Origin: Flaccisagitta enflata
Taxonomy: Eukaryota
DNA: 64,000 bases
NCBI GenBank assembly: GCA_965153355.1
Contig: OZ231126.1
Span: forward strand, 31,868,001-31,932,000
Direction: 5' to 3'
The translations under genes and the position numbers were made by a program. Below, one piece after another: positions 41,701 through 52,250 of the stretch. Within the stretch, counting starts at the first letter, position 1. Each line of letters opens with the position of its first letter. A model generated the notes under the pieces. That model saw only the letters and a program-made list of their open reading frames with translations. It searched no databases and had not been told where the DNA came from.

Positions 41701-44090
41701 TGCAAAACGATGCGAAATTTTTTTGCATGATTTCGCATCATTTTGCATCGTTTCGCATGAGATTTCCGCACGGGATTTTCAAATTGATCCTTAATAGATT
41801 TGACTGATTGATAGGCTGACAGACCGACAAAAAGACCTAATTAACGTATCAAGAACTATTCTCTCAATGATTCTGGCATTTTGTCTTTCAAAAACACCAT
41901 GCGAAATTTCACTCCCAATCAGTCACCATTTTTTTTGCTAAAAAATGGCAAAAAAGTATCTTGCGCAAATAGATATGACTGATTGATAGACCGACCAAAA
42001 GACCAATTAAACGTATCAAGAACTAATCTTTCAAAGATTTTGGGATTTTGTCTCTCAAAAACCCCATGCGAAATTTCACTCCCACTCAGTCAGCATCAGG
42101 GTTTTTTTTTTTATAAAAAAGGGAAAAAAAAGTACTTTAGGCTTAAATAACTGACTAATATATACATTGATCGAACGACTAAAAGGCCCATAAAACGAAT
42201 TAAGAACTCATATCGCAATGTTAATGCCATTTTGTCCATGAAAAGCACCATGCAAAACGATGCAAAATGATGCGAAATTTTTTTGCATCATTTCGCATCA
42301 TTTCCAATTTACCCTAAAGATAAGCTTTATGACTCAGCATCAGGTTAATAGAGTCGACATCAGATTAAAATCAGCTTCAGCCTTTCTTGAATGACAATGT
42401 TGTTTGAATTTTGTCTAAGTCATAAGGATTTCCAGTCACATGTTATACCGTCTATTCATTACATTATCTATTTTGACCGAATCATCACCCTAGTTAGTCA
42501 ATAATCATCATCCCAAGTCAAACAAGGCCGGAAACACGGCCACCAGTTGCGGACAGGTTGGCGGGGGCAGAAATGCGCGTTTTCCCACTTTTCAACTCAA
42601 TCATTACGGAACAACGGACCGACGGACGGACAAAGCCTCTTATAGAATTGCATGTCCGCAACTAAAATGTCACATTCATTCAGTTAGCATCAGTTTTTCT
42701 TTTGTCGCTAAAGATGGGCAAAAGAGTATCTTGCGCTCAAAGTTTCGGCAAATTTATAGATGGACAGACACCATGAATGACAAATGAATCCGATTTGCAC
42801 TAGATGAGCTTCATTATTGGTTCCAAAACGTAGCAGCATCAGGTTGATAAGGTTACAGACCGACCAACCGACCAACGGACACAGCCAGTTATAGAGGTGC
42901 GTTGGCGCACCTAAAAACGCTTTTGTAGCCATTGAACGCCTTAACAGTGAACACATGAATTTTAACTTCTCACGAATGAGCGAGCCTGTGAACGGAGTGA
43001 GCGGTGCGAGTGAACAAACGTAGTAAGCAACCGAGTGGCCTATGCACGAAGTGAGCGGTGCGAGTTAATGAATGTAGCGAGCGATTGAGTGGTGCGAGAA
43101 CCAGGGGTGTATAATGTTGAGTGGCATTTGATTTTATTCCCCCCCCTGCATTTGATTTTCTTCCCCGCGACGCATCGCGTTGCGTTACAAAATCATTGGT
43201 TTTTTTAACCCTCAAACCTATAAAACAGTATATTTTTGGGTTTAATAGTGTTAAATTGTGTTGTGGTAATTACATTTTACCTTTTGGTACTGCCAAAAGT
43301 GTTAAATCTTCAAAACTTTCCTTTTTTCTTTTTTTCAAGCTTTTGATTTTCTTCCCCATCTCCAAACCATTTGATTTTATTCCCCCCCCCACCGGGGGGG
43401 GGAATACTCAACATTATACACGCCTGGCGAGAACTGAAAGATGGGTAAATTAATGGAATGTAAAAACGGATCGAGAACTCATTTCAGCATCAGTTTCTTT
43501 GTTCGCGAAAAAGGGAGAAAAAAGTATCTTGCGCTAATAGATTTGATTGATAGACCGACAGACCGAAGTGAAGACCAAGTTAACGGAACATTTACTATTT
43601 TCTTTATGATTTTCACATATTGTATCTTAAGAAGCCCATGCGAAATTTTACTCCAACCCAATTCAGCATCATTTTTTCTTCGCTAAAAAAAGGGTTAAAA
43701 AAGTACTTTGCGATTAAAGAAATGATTAGTGGATACATTGATGGAACGACCAAAAGGCCCTTAAAACAGATAAAGAACTGATATCTCATTGTTTACGCCA
43801 TTTTGTCCATGAAAAACACCATGCGAAACGATGCAAAATGATGCGAAATTTTTTTGCTAAAAAAGGGAAAAAAAGTACTTTGCGATTAAAGAAATGACTA
43901 GTAAATACATTGATGGAACGACCAAAAGGCCCATAAAACGGATAAAGAACTGATATCTCGTTGTTTACGCCATTTTGTCCATGAAAAACCCCATGCGAAA
44001 CGATGCAAAATGATGCGAAATTTTTTTGCATGATTTCGCATCATTTTGCATCGTTTCGCATGAGATTTTCGCACGGGATTTTCAAAGTGA
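38790..44090. repeat. Complex array of about 175-bp repeats (CGCATGGGGTTTTT...ACAAAATG family) in inverted arrangement around about 41000
   Basis: Forward units 38790-40990; reverse units (AAAAACCCCATGCGAAA) 41030-44090; a further forward block lies at 16590-17130. Confidence 0.85.
43102..43426. mobile_element. hAT-type MITE
   Basis: GCGAGAAC|CAGGGGTGTATAATGTTGAGT...ACTCAACATTATACACGCCTG|GCGAGAAC; 21-bp TIR and 8-bp TSD. Confidence 0.88.
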
Positions 44091-44775
44091 CCTCAAAGCG
44101 AGCCTATTGGTCAGGGAGAGTGGTCAAGGGCTGTGGTTGGCCCTCCCTTACCCCCCGGATGTAATGCGCTATCTCTGCTGCCGCTGCTGGCTCGCGTTTA
44201 AAGTGCTAAGAAAATTTTAGCATTCCACCCCCTGAGTATAGTGGCGGTATATGGATAAATTGTTATCACTGAAAAATGACGTAGACATCAAGTGAAAAAT
44301 CAGAACCGTTATTGGTTATTTCCCTTACTGTTTTTAGGATTAGAGGGGAAAGTTAAGAACATGAAAAATTGATAACATGAAATAATTCTTTTTTCTTATT
44401 AACAAAATAATCATGAAGGCAAAAATTAGGATCAGTACTATCGCTTAAAGAATCGGCCCCGAACTCTTTAAACGTTTAACATGTTTTCAAAAGAACTGAA
44501 ACCAAGAGTCGAGCTTCAATCACCGAGCAAAACATCTTTGATCAGTGATCACCCTCTCGGTCAAATCTTCATTTTTCTTTAAATACACTTCGATCGACGT
44601 AACATGCCATGCCACCACCAAAAATTACCCAAATATTTCCCTTCTTCATCGGATATCCTAGTCAATAAACAACCTTGTCATACGCAGTCACAGGTTTCTT
44701 TTTTCCCGCACTTTACTTTGGGTCGCCCAGACTTCTCTAGTTCGCGAGCGAGACGCATTTCAGCATTTCAGCATT

Positions 44776-44940
44776 TCAGCATTTCTTGGGCTGTTGGATG
44801 GGGTGTTTGTTGGTCGGATGATGAGGATGAACTTTTGCCATTCTGGTGACATCCTTCGTAGGAGACGGCTTCTGATGAGCCAAGGAAGACGGCGTTTCGC
44901 TGTGGTTCAGCTCCACCTTTGACTTGGTCGTCACTTGCAC
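44776..44940 (-). CDS. ZCCHC24-like gene, probable last coding exon
   Basis: Acceptor TTTTTACTAG|; 55 codons in phase 0, VQVTTKSKVELNHSETPSS...PIQQPKKC*. A second frame is also open, so the frame is less certain. Confidence 0.45.
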   Translation of the reverse strand: MQVTTKSKVELNHSETPSSLAHQKPSPTKDVTRMAKVHPHHPTNKHPIQQPKKC

Positions 44941-44959
44941 CTAGTAAAAAAATCTTAAA

Positions 44960-46260
44960 AGAGTATGTGTCCGCGACTGGGGTCAAACGGCGTTGTCAAA
45001 GGGCGTTGTCAAAGGGCGTTGTCAAAGGGCGTTGTCAAAGGGCGTTGTCAAAGGGCGTTGTCAAAGGGCGTTGTCAAAGGGCGTTGTCAAAGGGCGTTGT
45101 CAAACGGCGTTGTCAAAGGGCGTTGTCAAAGGGCGTTGTCAAAGGGCGTTGTCAAAGGGCGTTGTCAAAGGGCGTTGTCAAAGGGCGTTGTCAAAGGGCG
45201 TTGTCAAAGGGCGTTGTCAAAGGGCGTTGTCAAACGGCGGTTTGGCCGGTTTGGCCAGTTAGCATGCTATAATCTTTACAAATCAAATACATATGTTGAG
45301 TCCTTCCATTTAGAGACTACATACCAAGTTTTAACAAAATAGGTTGAAAAATGCCAAAGTTATGCACGTTTTTCACTTTTAGGCTGGTTGGGTGATTGGC
45401 CGGTTTGGCCAGTTAGCATGCTAAAATCTTTACAATTCAAATATATATGTTGAGTTCTTCCATTTAGGGACTACATACCAAATTTTAACCAAATCAGTTA
45501 AAAAATGCCGAAGTTATGCACGTTTTTCACTTTTAGGCTGGTTGGGTGGTAGGCCGGTTTGGCCGGTTAGCATGCTAAAATCTTTACAAATCAAATACAT
45601 ATGTTGAGTCCTTCCATTCTGAGACTACATACCAAGTTTTAACCAAATTGGTTGAAAAATGCCAAAGTTATGCACGATTTTCACTTTTAGGCTGGTAATC
45701 TGGTTGGGTGGTAGGCCGGTTTGGCCGGTTAGCATGCTAAAATCTTTACAAATTAAATACATATGTTGAGTCCTTCCATTTAGAGACTACATACCAAGTT
45801 TTAACCAAATTGGTTGAAAAATGCTAAAGTTATGCACGTTTTTCACTTTAAGGCTGGTAGGCTGGTTGGGTGGTAGGCCGGTTTGGCCGGTTAGCATGCT
45901 AAAATCTTTACAATTCAAATACATATGTTGAGTTCCTCCATTTAGGGACTACATACCAAATTTTACCTAAATCGGTAGAAAAATGCCGAAGTTATGCACG
46001 TTTTTCACTTTTAGGCTGGTAGGCTGGTTGGGCCGGTTGGGTGGGTCGGATCATAACATACGCATAGGCTGCAGAGCGGCTTACCCTAATACAACTTCCC
46101 TCCAAATATGAAGCAAATCCGTCAAGGCGTTCAAAAGTTAGCCCATTTTTTAAAAGTGTGGACGACAACGACAACGACGACGACAACGACGACGACACCC
46201 ACCCGCCTCGAATTATAGTCCGCGTCGGAATGGTATTCCGTCGACCGTCGCGGACAAAAA
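44960..46260 (-). mobile_element. HINE/DINE-like element with central tandem repeats of about 170-180 bp (4-5 copies)
   Basis: Head hairpin GTCCGCGTCGG...CCGTCGCGGAC-AAAAA at 46219-46260; GTCCGCGAC recurs at 44968; repeats GCCGGTTTGGCC(A/G)GTTAGCATGCT at 45240-46040. Confidence 0.65.
44982..45238 (+). repeat. 13-bp minisatellite, about 19 copies
   Basis: (GGGCGTTGTCAAA)n, near perfect. Confidence 0.97.
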
Positions 46261-46477
46261 GGGAGGGGAGGTCGGGGAAGAAAAGGAGGGAAGATTAACT
46301 GGAATTCTGTCTTCAGCTTATCATCGCGCCGCCGGGAAGTCGTAGCCTAAATCATGAACACATGTTTCAATCACACCGATAAGCATGTTCGCGCGTGATA
46401 CCAAGCCTCTCAATTATCGGTAGCTAGTTACAAAGATTCTGCTAAATAATAGACACTTTGTAGATGCAGTTTAGTAC

Positions 46478-46746
46478 TTGTGAATTATCCGGATCGCCTA
46501 TGGCGAGTTCCTTGTCGCCTTCGTTTTGGTTGTTATTATTATTGTCGGCTGCGGCGTCCGGATCTCCTTCCGGAGCTTCGATGGGCGCTTCCTTCTTCCC
46601 GGCGCTGGAATCGGATTCACTCTTTCTGGCGCTGGAGACTCGACGCCGGCCGCCAACTTTGATGGCGGGTGGATGACCGCCTTTCAACTCTACGTTTTCA
46701 TTGTTGTGATTGACCGCCTTCGATTTGGGCGACGCGGCGTTTTTGC
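46478..46746 (-). CDS. ZCCHC24-like gene, low-complexity exon
   Basis: Polypyrimidine tract plus GAAG| acceptor; 269 nt, phase 1-0; KNAASPKSKAVNHNNENVELKGGHPP...GDPDNSQ; donor CAA|GTACTA. Confidence 0.6.
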
Positions 46747-46996
46747 CTTCAGATGGAGGAAAGGAAGGGAAAAAGATGATGTTGAAAGGTTAGGCCATGC
46801 TACAATGGAGCACCTCGCGGCATAAAACAAATTTGCAGCGTGACGGACGAAATTATAGAAAGGGAGTAGGAGAGGATAAATACTGAATATTACATGTGCG
46901 TTGATGGAGAAGTCTCATTTGAGCCCTTGGGGAGAGAAGGGGGAAAGTAGGATGTTCAATCACATGATGACATGATGCCATGACTGAAGATCTAAC

Positions 46997-47519
46997 CTCT
47001 GGTCGCCTCGACGGCGGTTTCTGCTTCAATATCGTTGTGATTTTCATCTTTCTGTTGCCTCGGAATTGCGGCTTCTTTTCCTCGATTCTTGCCTCCCGCG
47101 TCTTCCGCCTTTTCCACGTCTTGTCGGGCGGAAATGATGATCGCTTCCGCCACTTTGTCCGCCAAAGCGTCAACTTCGTCCTTTTCGCTGATCTCGCCTC
47201 CAGTAGCGGCAGCAGCAGCAGCGCTTCCCGCGACTCTCGGGCGACGAGGTGGCCGAGGCTTGGAGGATCTCTTGAAGGCGGCTTTGTCGACGGCGTTGTT
47301 GTTGACGCGGATGCCAGGATCAGTGGCGACGGAATTTTTGGGCGTGCGCGCATGATGAAGCACATCGTCTTCCGCGTAAACGTGAGCGGCGCGAACTCTG
47401 ACGCCGCTGCCACGAGGGGCACCGCCGCGACCCCCGCGTCCGCGTGCCGCATTGGATCTAACGCCGCGATTGCTCGAACGGGAAACTTCGTTCTCGACCA
47501 CTTCCTCCGCGTAATTTTC
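46997..47519 (-). CDS. ZCCHC24-like gene, low-complexity RG-rich exon
   Basis: Acceptor AAACAG|; 523 nt, phase 0-1; ENYAEEVVENEVSRSSNRGVRSNAARGRGGRGGAPRG...; donor G|GTTAGA; GC-rich. Confidence 0.65.
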
Positions 47520-47749
47520 CTGTTTATTGATTGGTCATGCGTTGATTTGACTAAATCTCGCCTGAACAAAAAGCGGCTCGCTCTTTCGCTCGGTATATTT
47601 TCTTTTTTTGAAATTAAACAATTTATGTTTTCTTTCATTTCTACTTTCAATCCAAGTAGATAATCCTTGCTCTCAAATCTAATTCAGCTCATAGAGATTT
47701 TCTCCCACAAGTACAAACGTTATTCAGGCAACAATCCTGATTAACACAC

Positions 47750-48389
47750 CTTATCCGTGGACTTCTTCCTGCCTTTGGCGGTGACGGGACGTTTCCGTCT
47801 TTCATAGTTGGACGGCGCTGTATCATCGCCTGTTTCTCCTTCTACGCTGGAGACCGAAGCTTTGGGCCTCCTTCTTCGAGGCGGTCTCTTCTGAGCGGCA
47901 GCGGCAGCACCAGTGGCCGCAGCAGCGCCAGCGGCGGTGACGGGTCTCCTCTTGGTCTTCACCTGTGCGCCGCCATCGTAATCAGCGCTAGAAGTGGAAG
48001 CCGTCTTCTTTCTCCGCGGCTGTTGTTGTTTGGCAACGGGATTCCTCTTGTTTCGCGCCGCGGGCTTTTTCTCGACGACGTCGGCCTCCACGCTGAAGAC
48101 GGACGCTCTTCCGGCGCCACGCGGCTTGTTATTGGCGCCGGGTCTCGTCGCTTTCTTCTTAGACGCAGCAAAGGCGCCACCGGCAGTCTCAGCGGCACCG
48201 ACGCCGCCGTGGCGCTCCTTCAGTTGCTGCGCCGCCTTGAAATTGCAGCAGTTGACACCGAGCTCTTGGCATCTTTGACAGAATCGGCTTTCGTGCTTCT
48301 TGTTAAGACTTTTCATGTGCTTTGGGAAGAGGAAGGCGCCGCAATCGCAATCGATTCCACGCATAGCCTCAGTTTTGGAGAAGGAGTAA
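47750..48389 (-). CDS. ZCCHC24: ZCCHC24/zf-3CxxC-like gene, exon with the end of the zinc domain and a basic low-complexity tail
   Basis: Acceptor TTTACAG|; 640 nt, phase 2-0, compatible with the previous exon; YSFSKTEAMRGIDCDCGAFLFPKH...KHESRFCQRCQELGVNCC (H....C..C..LG..C motif); donor AAG|GTGTGT. Confidence 0.75.
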
Positions 48390-48558
48390 CTGTAAATAGG
48401 GTGGTGGAGTAGAAAGAAGAAAAATGCGGATGGCAAGGTGGTAGGGTGGGAAGAATGGGGCAATACGGCAAAAGTTTTAATTACTCAAGTTGGTATGTCA
48501 TTTGAAATAAAGTACAAAAGCTTAAAAACAACAGTCCTCGACTGTTGTCTATTTGGTA

Positions 48559-48860
48559 TCCGACCCGGCTAATCAGTCTGACCCGGCTAATCAGTCTGAC
48601 CCGGCTACTCAGTCTGACCCGGCTACTCAGTCTGACCCGGCTACTCAGTCTGACCCGGCTACTCAGTCTGACCCGGCTACTCAGTCTGACCCGGCTACTC
48701 AGTCTGACCCGGCTACTCAGTCTGACCCGGCTACTCAGTCTGACCCGGCTACTCAGTCTGACCCGGCTACTCAGTCTGACCCGGCTACTCAGTCTGACCC
48801 GGCTACTCAGTCTGACCCGGCTACTCAGTCTGACCCGGCTACTCAGTCTGACCCGGCTAC
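48559..48860 (+). repeat. 18-bp minisatellite, about 17 copies
   Basis: (GACCCGGCTACTCAGTCT)n, near perfect. Confidence 0.97.
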
Positions 48861-49274
48861 CAATTGCATACCTTAAAGTCCAAAAAAAAATTTTTTTTTC
48901 AAAAAAAAAAAAATTTTTTTTTCAAAAAAAAAATTTTTTTCAAAAAAAAATGAAATTTTTTTTCAAAAAAAAAAAAAATTTTTTTTCAAAAAAAATGAAA
49001 TTTTGGCTAAAATTAGTTATAGATGTCTCATGAGGGGAAGTGAGGGGTAGTGAGGGGTAGCTAGGGGTGGTCAAAAAGTGATGGGTGGTTTGAAATTATG
49101 TAGGGGTAGCGAGGGGTGGGAGGGGTAAAGCGAGGGGTGGGGTAGGGCGAGGGGTGGGGTGAGGGGTGGGGTGGGGTGAGGGGTAAGGCGAGGGGTGGGG
49201 TTAGGGGTAAGGCGAGGGGTGGGGTGAGGGGTGGTTCGAGGGGTAGTGAGGGGTAATGAGCTTTTAACTTGATA

Positions 49275-50220
49275 AAGCCCTTAACCTTAAACCTAACACA
49301 ACCCCTAACCCTAAATCTAACACAACCCTTAGCCCTAAACCCAACACAACCCCTTACTCTAAACCCAACTCAACCCCTAACCCTAAACCCAATACAACCC
49401 CTAACCCTAAACCCAACACAACCCCTAACCTTAACTTTAACATTTATATCCAGCTCTAACCTTATTTAAAAAAACACTAAACCCAACACAACCCCTAACC
49501 CTAAACCCAATACAACCCCTAACCCTAAACCCAACACAATCCCTAACCCTAAACCCAACACAGTCCCTAACCTTAACCTTAACATTTATATCCAGCGCTA
49601 TTCCTAATTAAAAAAACACTAAACCTAACACAACCCCTAACCCTAAACCTAATACAACCCCTAACCTTAAACCCAACACAACCCCTAACCTTAACCTTAA
49701 CATTTATGTCCAGCCCTAACCCTAACTAAAAAAACACAACCTTAACCTTTAATTTGAAATCATAACCCTGCATAAATAACCTGTATTAATAACCTGCATA
49801 AATGAAGTGCCTTCGTGGGAAAGGGTTAGGGTCTGTTTTAAGTTAGTCTTAATAAGGTTTAACATTAAGGACTAAACATAAGTTAAGGGTTAGGGGTTGT
49901 GTTTGGTTTTGGGTTAGGGGTAGTGTTGAGTTTAAGGTTACAGGTAGTGTTGGGTTTAGGGTTAGGGGTAGTGTTGGGTTTAGGGTTAAGGGTTGTGTTA
50001 GGTTTAGGGTTAAGGGTTGTGTTAGGTTTAGGGTTAGGGGTAATGTTGAGTTTAGGGTTAAAGGTAGTATTGGGTTTAGGGTTAGGGGTAATGTTGAGTT
50101 TAGGGTTAAGGGTTGTATTAGGTTTAGGGTTAAGGGTTGTGTTAGGTTTAGGGCTAGGGGTAATGTTGAGTTTAGGGTTAAGGGTTGTGTTAGGGTTAGG
50201 GGTTGTGTTGGGGTTAGGCA
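49275..50220. repeat. Telomere-like degenerate repeats in inverted arrangement (24-bp higher-order unit)
   Basis: (ACAACCCCTAACCCTAAACCCAAC)n at 49275-49750; (GGGTTAGGGGTTGTGTT(G/A)GGTTTA)n at 49883-50220. Confidence 0.85.
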
Positions 50221-51975
50221 AATTTTAACTTGCTTAAGGTAAAAGGTTTTGTTTTACCACGAATGAAATATTTTACTTGCTATGGGAATATATATATATA
50301 TCTGCAAAATGTTTCTTTTCTCTAGGCTGTAAATTAAATGATAGCTGTGCATTTTTAGTTTGAACCACCACCCTCCCCCACCACCACCCTTTTTGGTTTT
50401 TTGAATCATGAAATTCCTTGAACTTAAAGGTATTGAAACTGCAACATGTAAATGAGATTTTTGTATTTTTTGTAAACTAGCAATTTTATTAAATTTTTGA
50501 AGTATAAAAAAGAACCGAGGGGTTGACCCAGTGGTAGACCCGGAGGTTGACCGAGGGGTAGACCGAGGGGTAGACATTTTCATTTTAGCGTAAATAATAG
50601 TCATGTATTTTATAAACAATTTCAGTTTGAACCACCACCCTTCCCCGTCACCACCCTTTTTGGTTTTTTGAATTATGAAATCCCTTGAACTTAAAGGTAT
50701 TGAGACTGCAATATGTAAATGAGATTTTTGTACTTTTTGCAAACTATCAATTTTATCAAATTTTTGAAGTATAAAAAAAACTGAGGGGTGGGGTGGGGTG
50801 AGGGGTGGACCAAGGGGTGGACCGAGGGGTAAACTGAGGGGTAAACCGAGGGGTGGGAGGGGTAAACCGAGGGGTGGGGAGGGTAAACCAAGGGTGGTCA
50901 ATTTCAACTGATGGGTGGGAGGGGTGGGGCGAGGGTGGGTCTCACCACCCCTCGTCCCACCCCTCCACCTCGCTACCCTACATGAGACATCTTTAACTAA
51001 TTCGATCCAAAATTTTTATTAAAAAAAAAAAATTTTTTTTTAAATTTTTTTTTCAAAAAAAAAAAAATTTAAAAAAAAATTTTTTTAAATTTTCAAAAAA
51101 AAATTTCTTTCAAAAAAAAAATTTTTTCAAAAAAAAAAAAAAAAATTAAATAAAAAAAAAAAAATCTTAAGTCCAGGAAATAATGTCACTAGATACAACA
51201 TAGATACCCTTATATTTTCTTAACCAATACTCAGAATTTACTGAAATCTTGCAGGAGGAGCTTTAATTGATACAATGAACCTTCACAACAAGTTTGAACA
51301 ACATTGGTGAACCATTACTACCCTTCCCCTATGTAGAATGCACAAGTCCAGGAATCAATATTACTAGCAAAATACCCTAATATCTTCTAAACCAATTCTC
51401 AGAATTATCCGAAATCTTGCGGGAGAGCTTAAATTGATGCAAGTAACCTTCACAACAAGTTTGAACAACATTGGTGAACCTTTGCTACCCTTCCCCTATG
51501 TAAATTGCACAAGTCCAGGAATTAATATTACTACAAAAATAATAGGCAAAGGGTATTAAATATTTATGAATGTTGTTGAAAGTTGGTACACAGGATAGTA
51601 ATGCTGTAAAAATAACACTGACCAAGTTTCATCAACATCTGAGTACTGGTTCCCAAGTTTTTAAGGGTTGACACGACAAACAAACAACAAACAACGACTC
51701 ACTACACGATCAGTGCTATGTTATAGTCCTCGACGTAAACTGATCGTCGAGGACAAAAATGTAAGCAAAAGGACCTCCTTTAGAGAATGTTTTTTTTTCA
51801 AGATGAGGATTCTTTTATTAGGATTTTTTTCAAAAGCACCACCATTCAATATATCACCGCGCATCTCTTCTCTCTCCTTCCCCTAGAGCTCTCAACGACT
51901 TCGCTTTGCTGTCATACTCTCGATCGCTTCTCTCTATTCATCTCTTTGTCTCTCTCTCGCGCCGCATATAATTAC

Positions 51976-52250
51976 AGATGGACGATGTTGCAGGTATCGC
52001 ATGGAAACTCCCAGTCCGGGTAAACGGCAGTTTTGCAGGTTTTGCAGGTGATCCCCTGGTGGGCGTCGCCATTGCGGTAAGACTCGGCGATGTACTGGTC
52101 GCAGTCCACGCAGAAGAATTCGTATTTGCGAGACTTGGGGATTTGGCGGAAAGGCAAGACCCAAGTCTGACGGCGCCTCGAAGAACACGGCTTGCATAGC
52201 TGACCAGAGTTGGCCCACGAATACACGCTAGACCATTCGTGGGAACAAAC
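51976..52250 (-). CDS. ZCCHC24: ZCCHC24/zf-3CxxC-like gene, zinc-domain exon
   Basis: Acceptor GACAG|; 275 nt, phase 0-2; VCSHEWSSVYSWANSGQLCKPC...YEFFCVDC...GITCKTCKTAVYPDWEFPCDTCNIVHL. W.S..SWAN.GQ.C..C is the ZCCHC24 signature. Orthology is not proven and no CCHC knuckle was seen. Confidence 0.75.

Larger units (their letters stand above)
9467..44234. mobile_element. 34.8-kb hAT-like TIR-bounded unit (non-autonomous or composite) with an 8-bp TSD
   Basis: Left end AGTATAGT|CAGGGGGTGGAAAGCTAAAA; right end TTTTAGCATTCCACCCCCTG|AGTATAGT. TIRs match at 19/20 and the 8-bp direct repeat is perfect (9459-9466, 44235-44242). Confidence 0.75.
48524..51759 (-). mobile_element. HINE/DINE-like element, 3.2 kb, filling most of an intron
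   Basis: Head hairpin AGTCCTCGACG...CGTCGAGGAC-AAAAA (51725-51759); tail hairpin ACAACAGTCCTCGACTGTTGT (48528-48549) sharing AGTCCTCGAC; about 180-bp repeats at 51170-51540 related to 35330-35700. Confidence 0.65.

Noticed and set aside
44919-45342. ORFs with KGRCQRALSKGVV repeats (also LTRLLS at 48545 and the satellite ORFs at 24-34 kb)
   Set aside because: They are translations of stop-free minisatellite or satellite units.
46853-47663. Overlapping 265-aa (-) and 227-aa (+) ORFs as separate genes
   Set aside because: They are shadow frames of a GC-rich exon; only the frame of 46997-47519 fits the splice phases.
49275-50220. Telomere-telomere chromosome fusion site
   Set aside because: The orientation is CCCTAA then TTAGGG, opposite to a fusion, and the repeats are degenerate 24-mers inside an intronic element.
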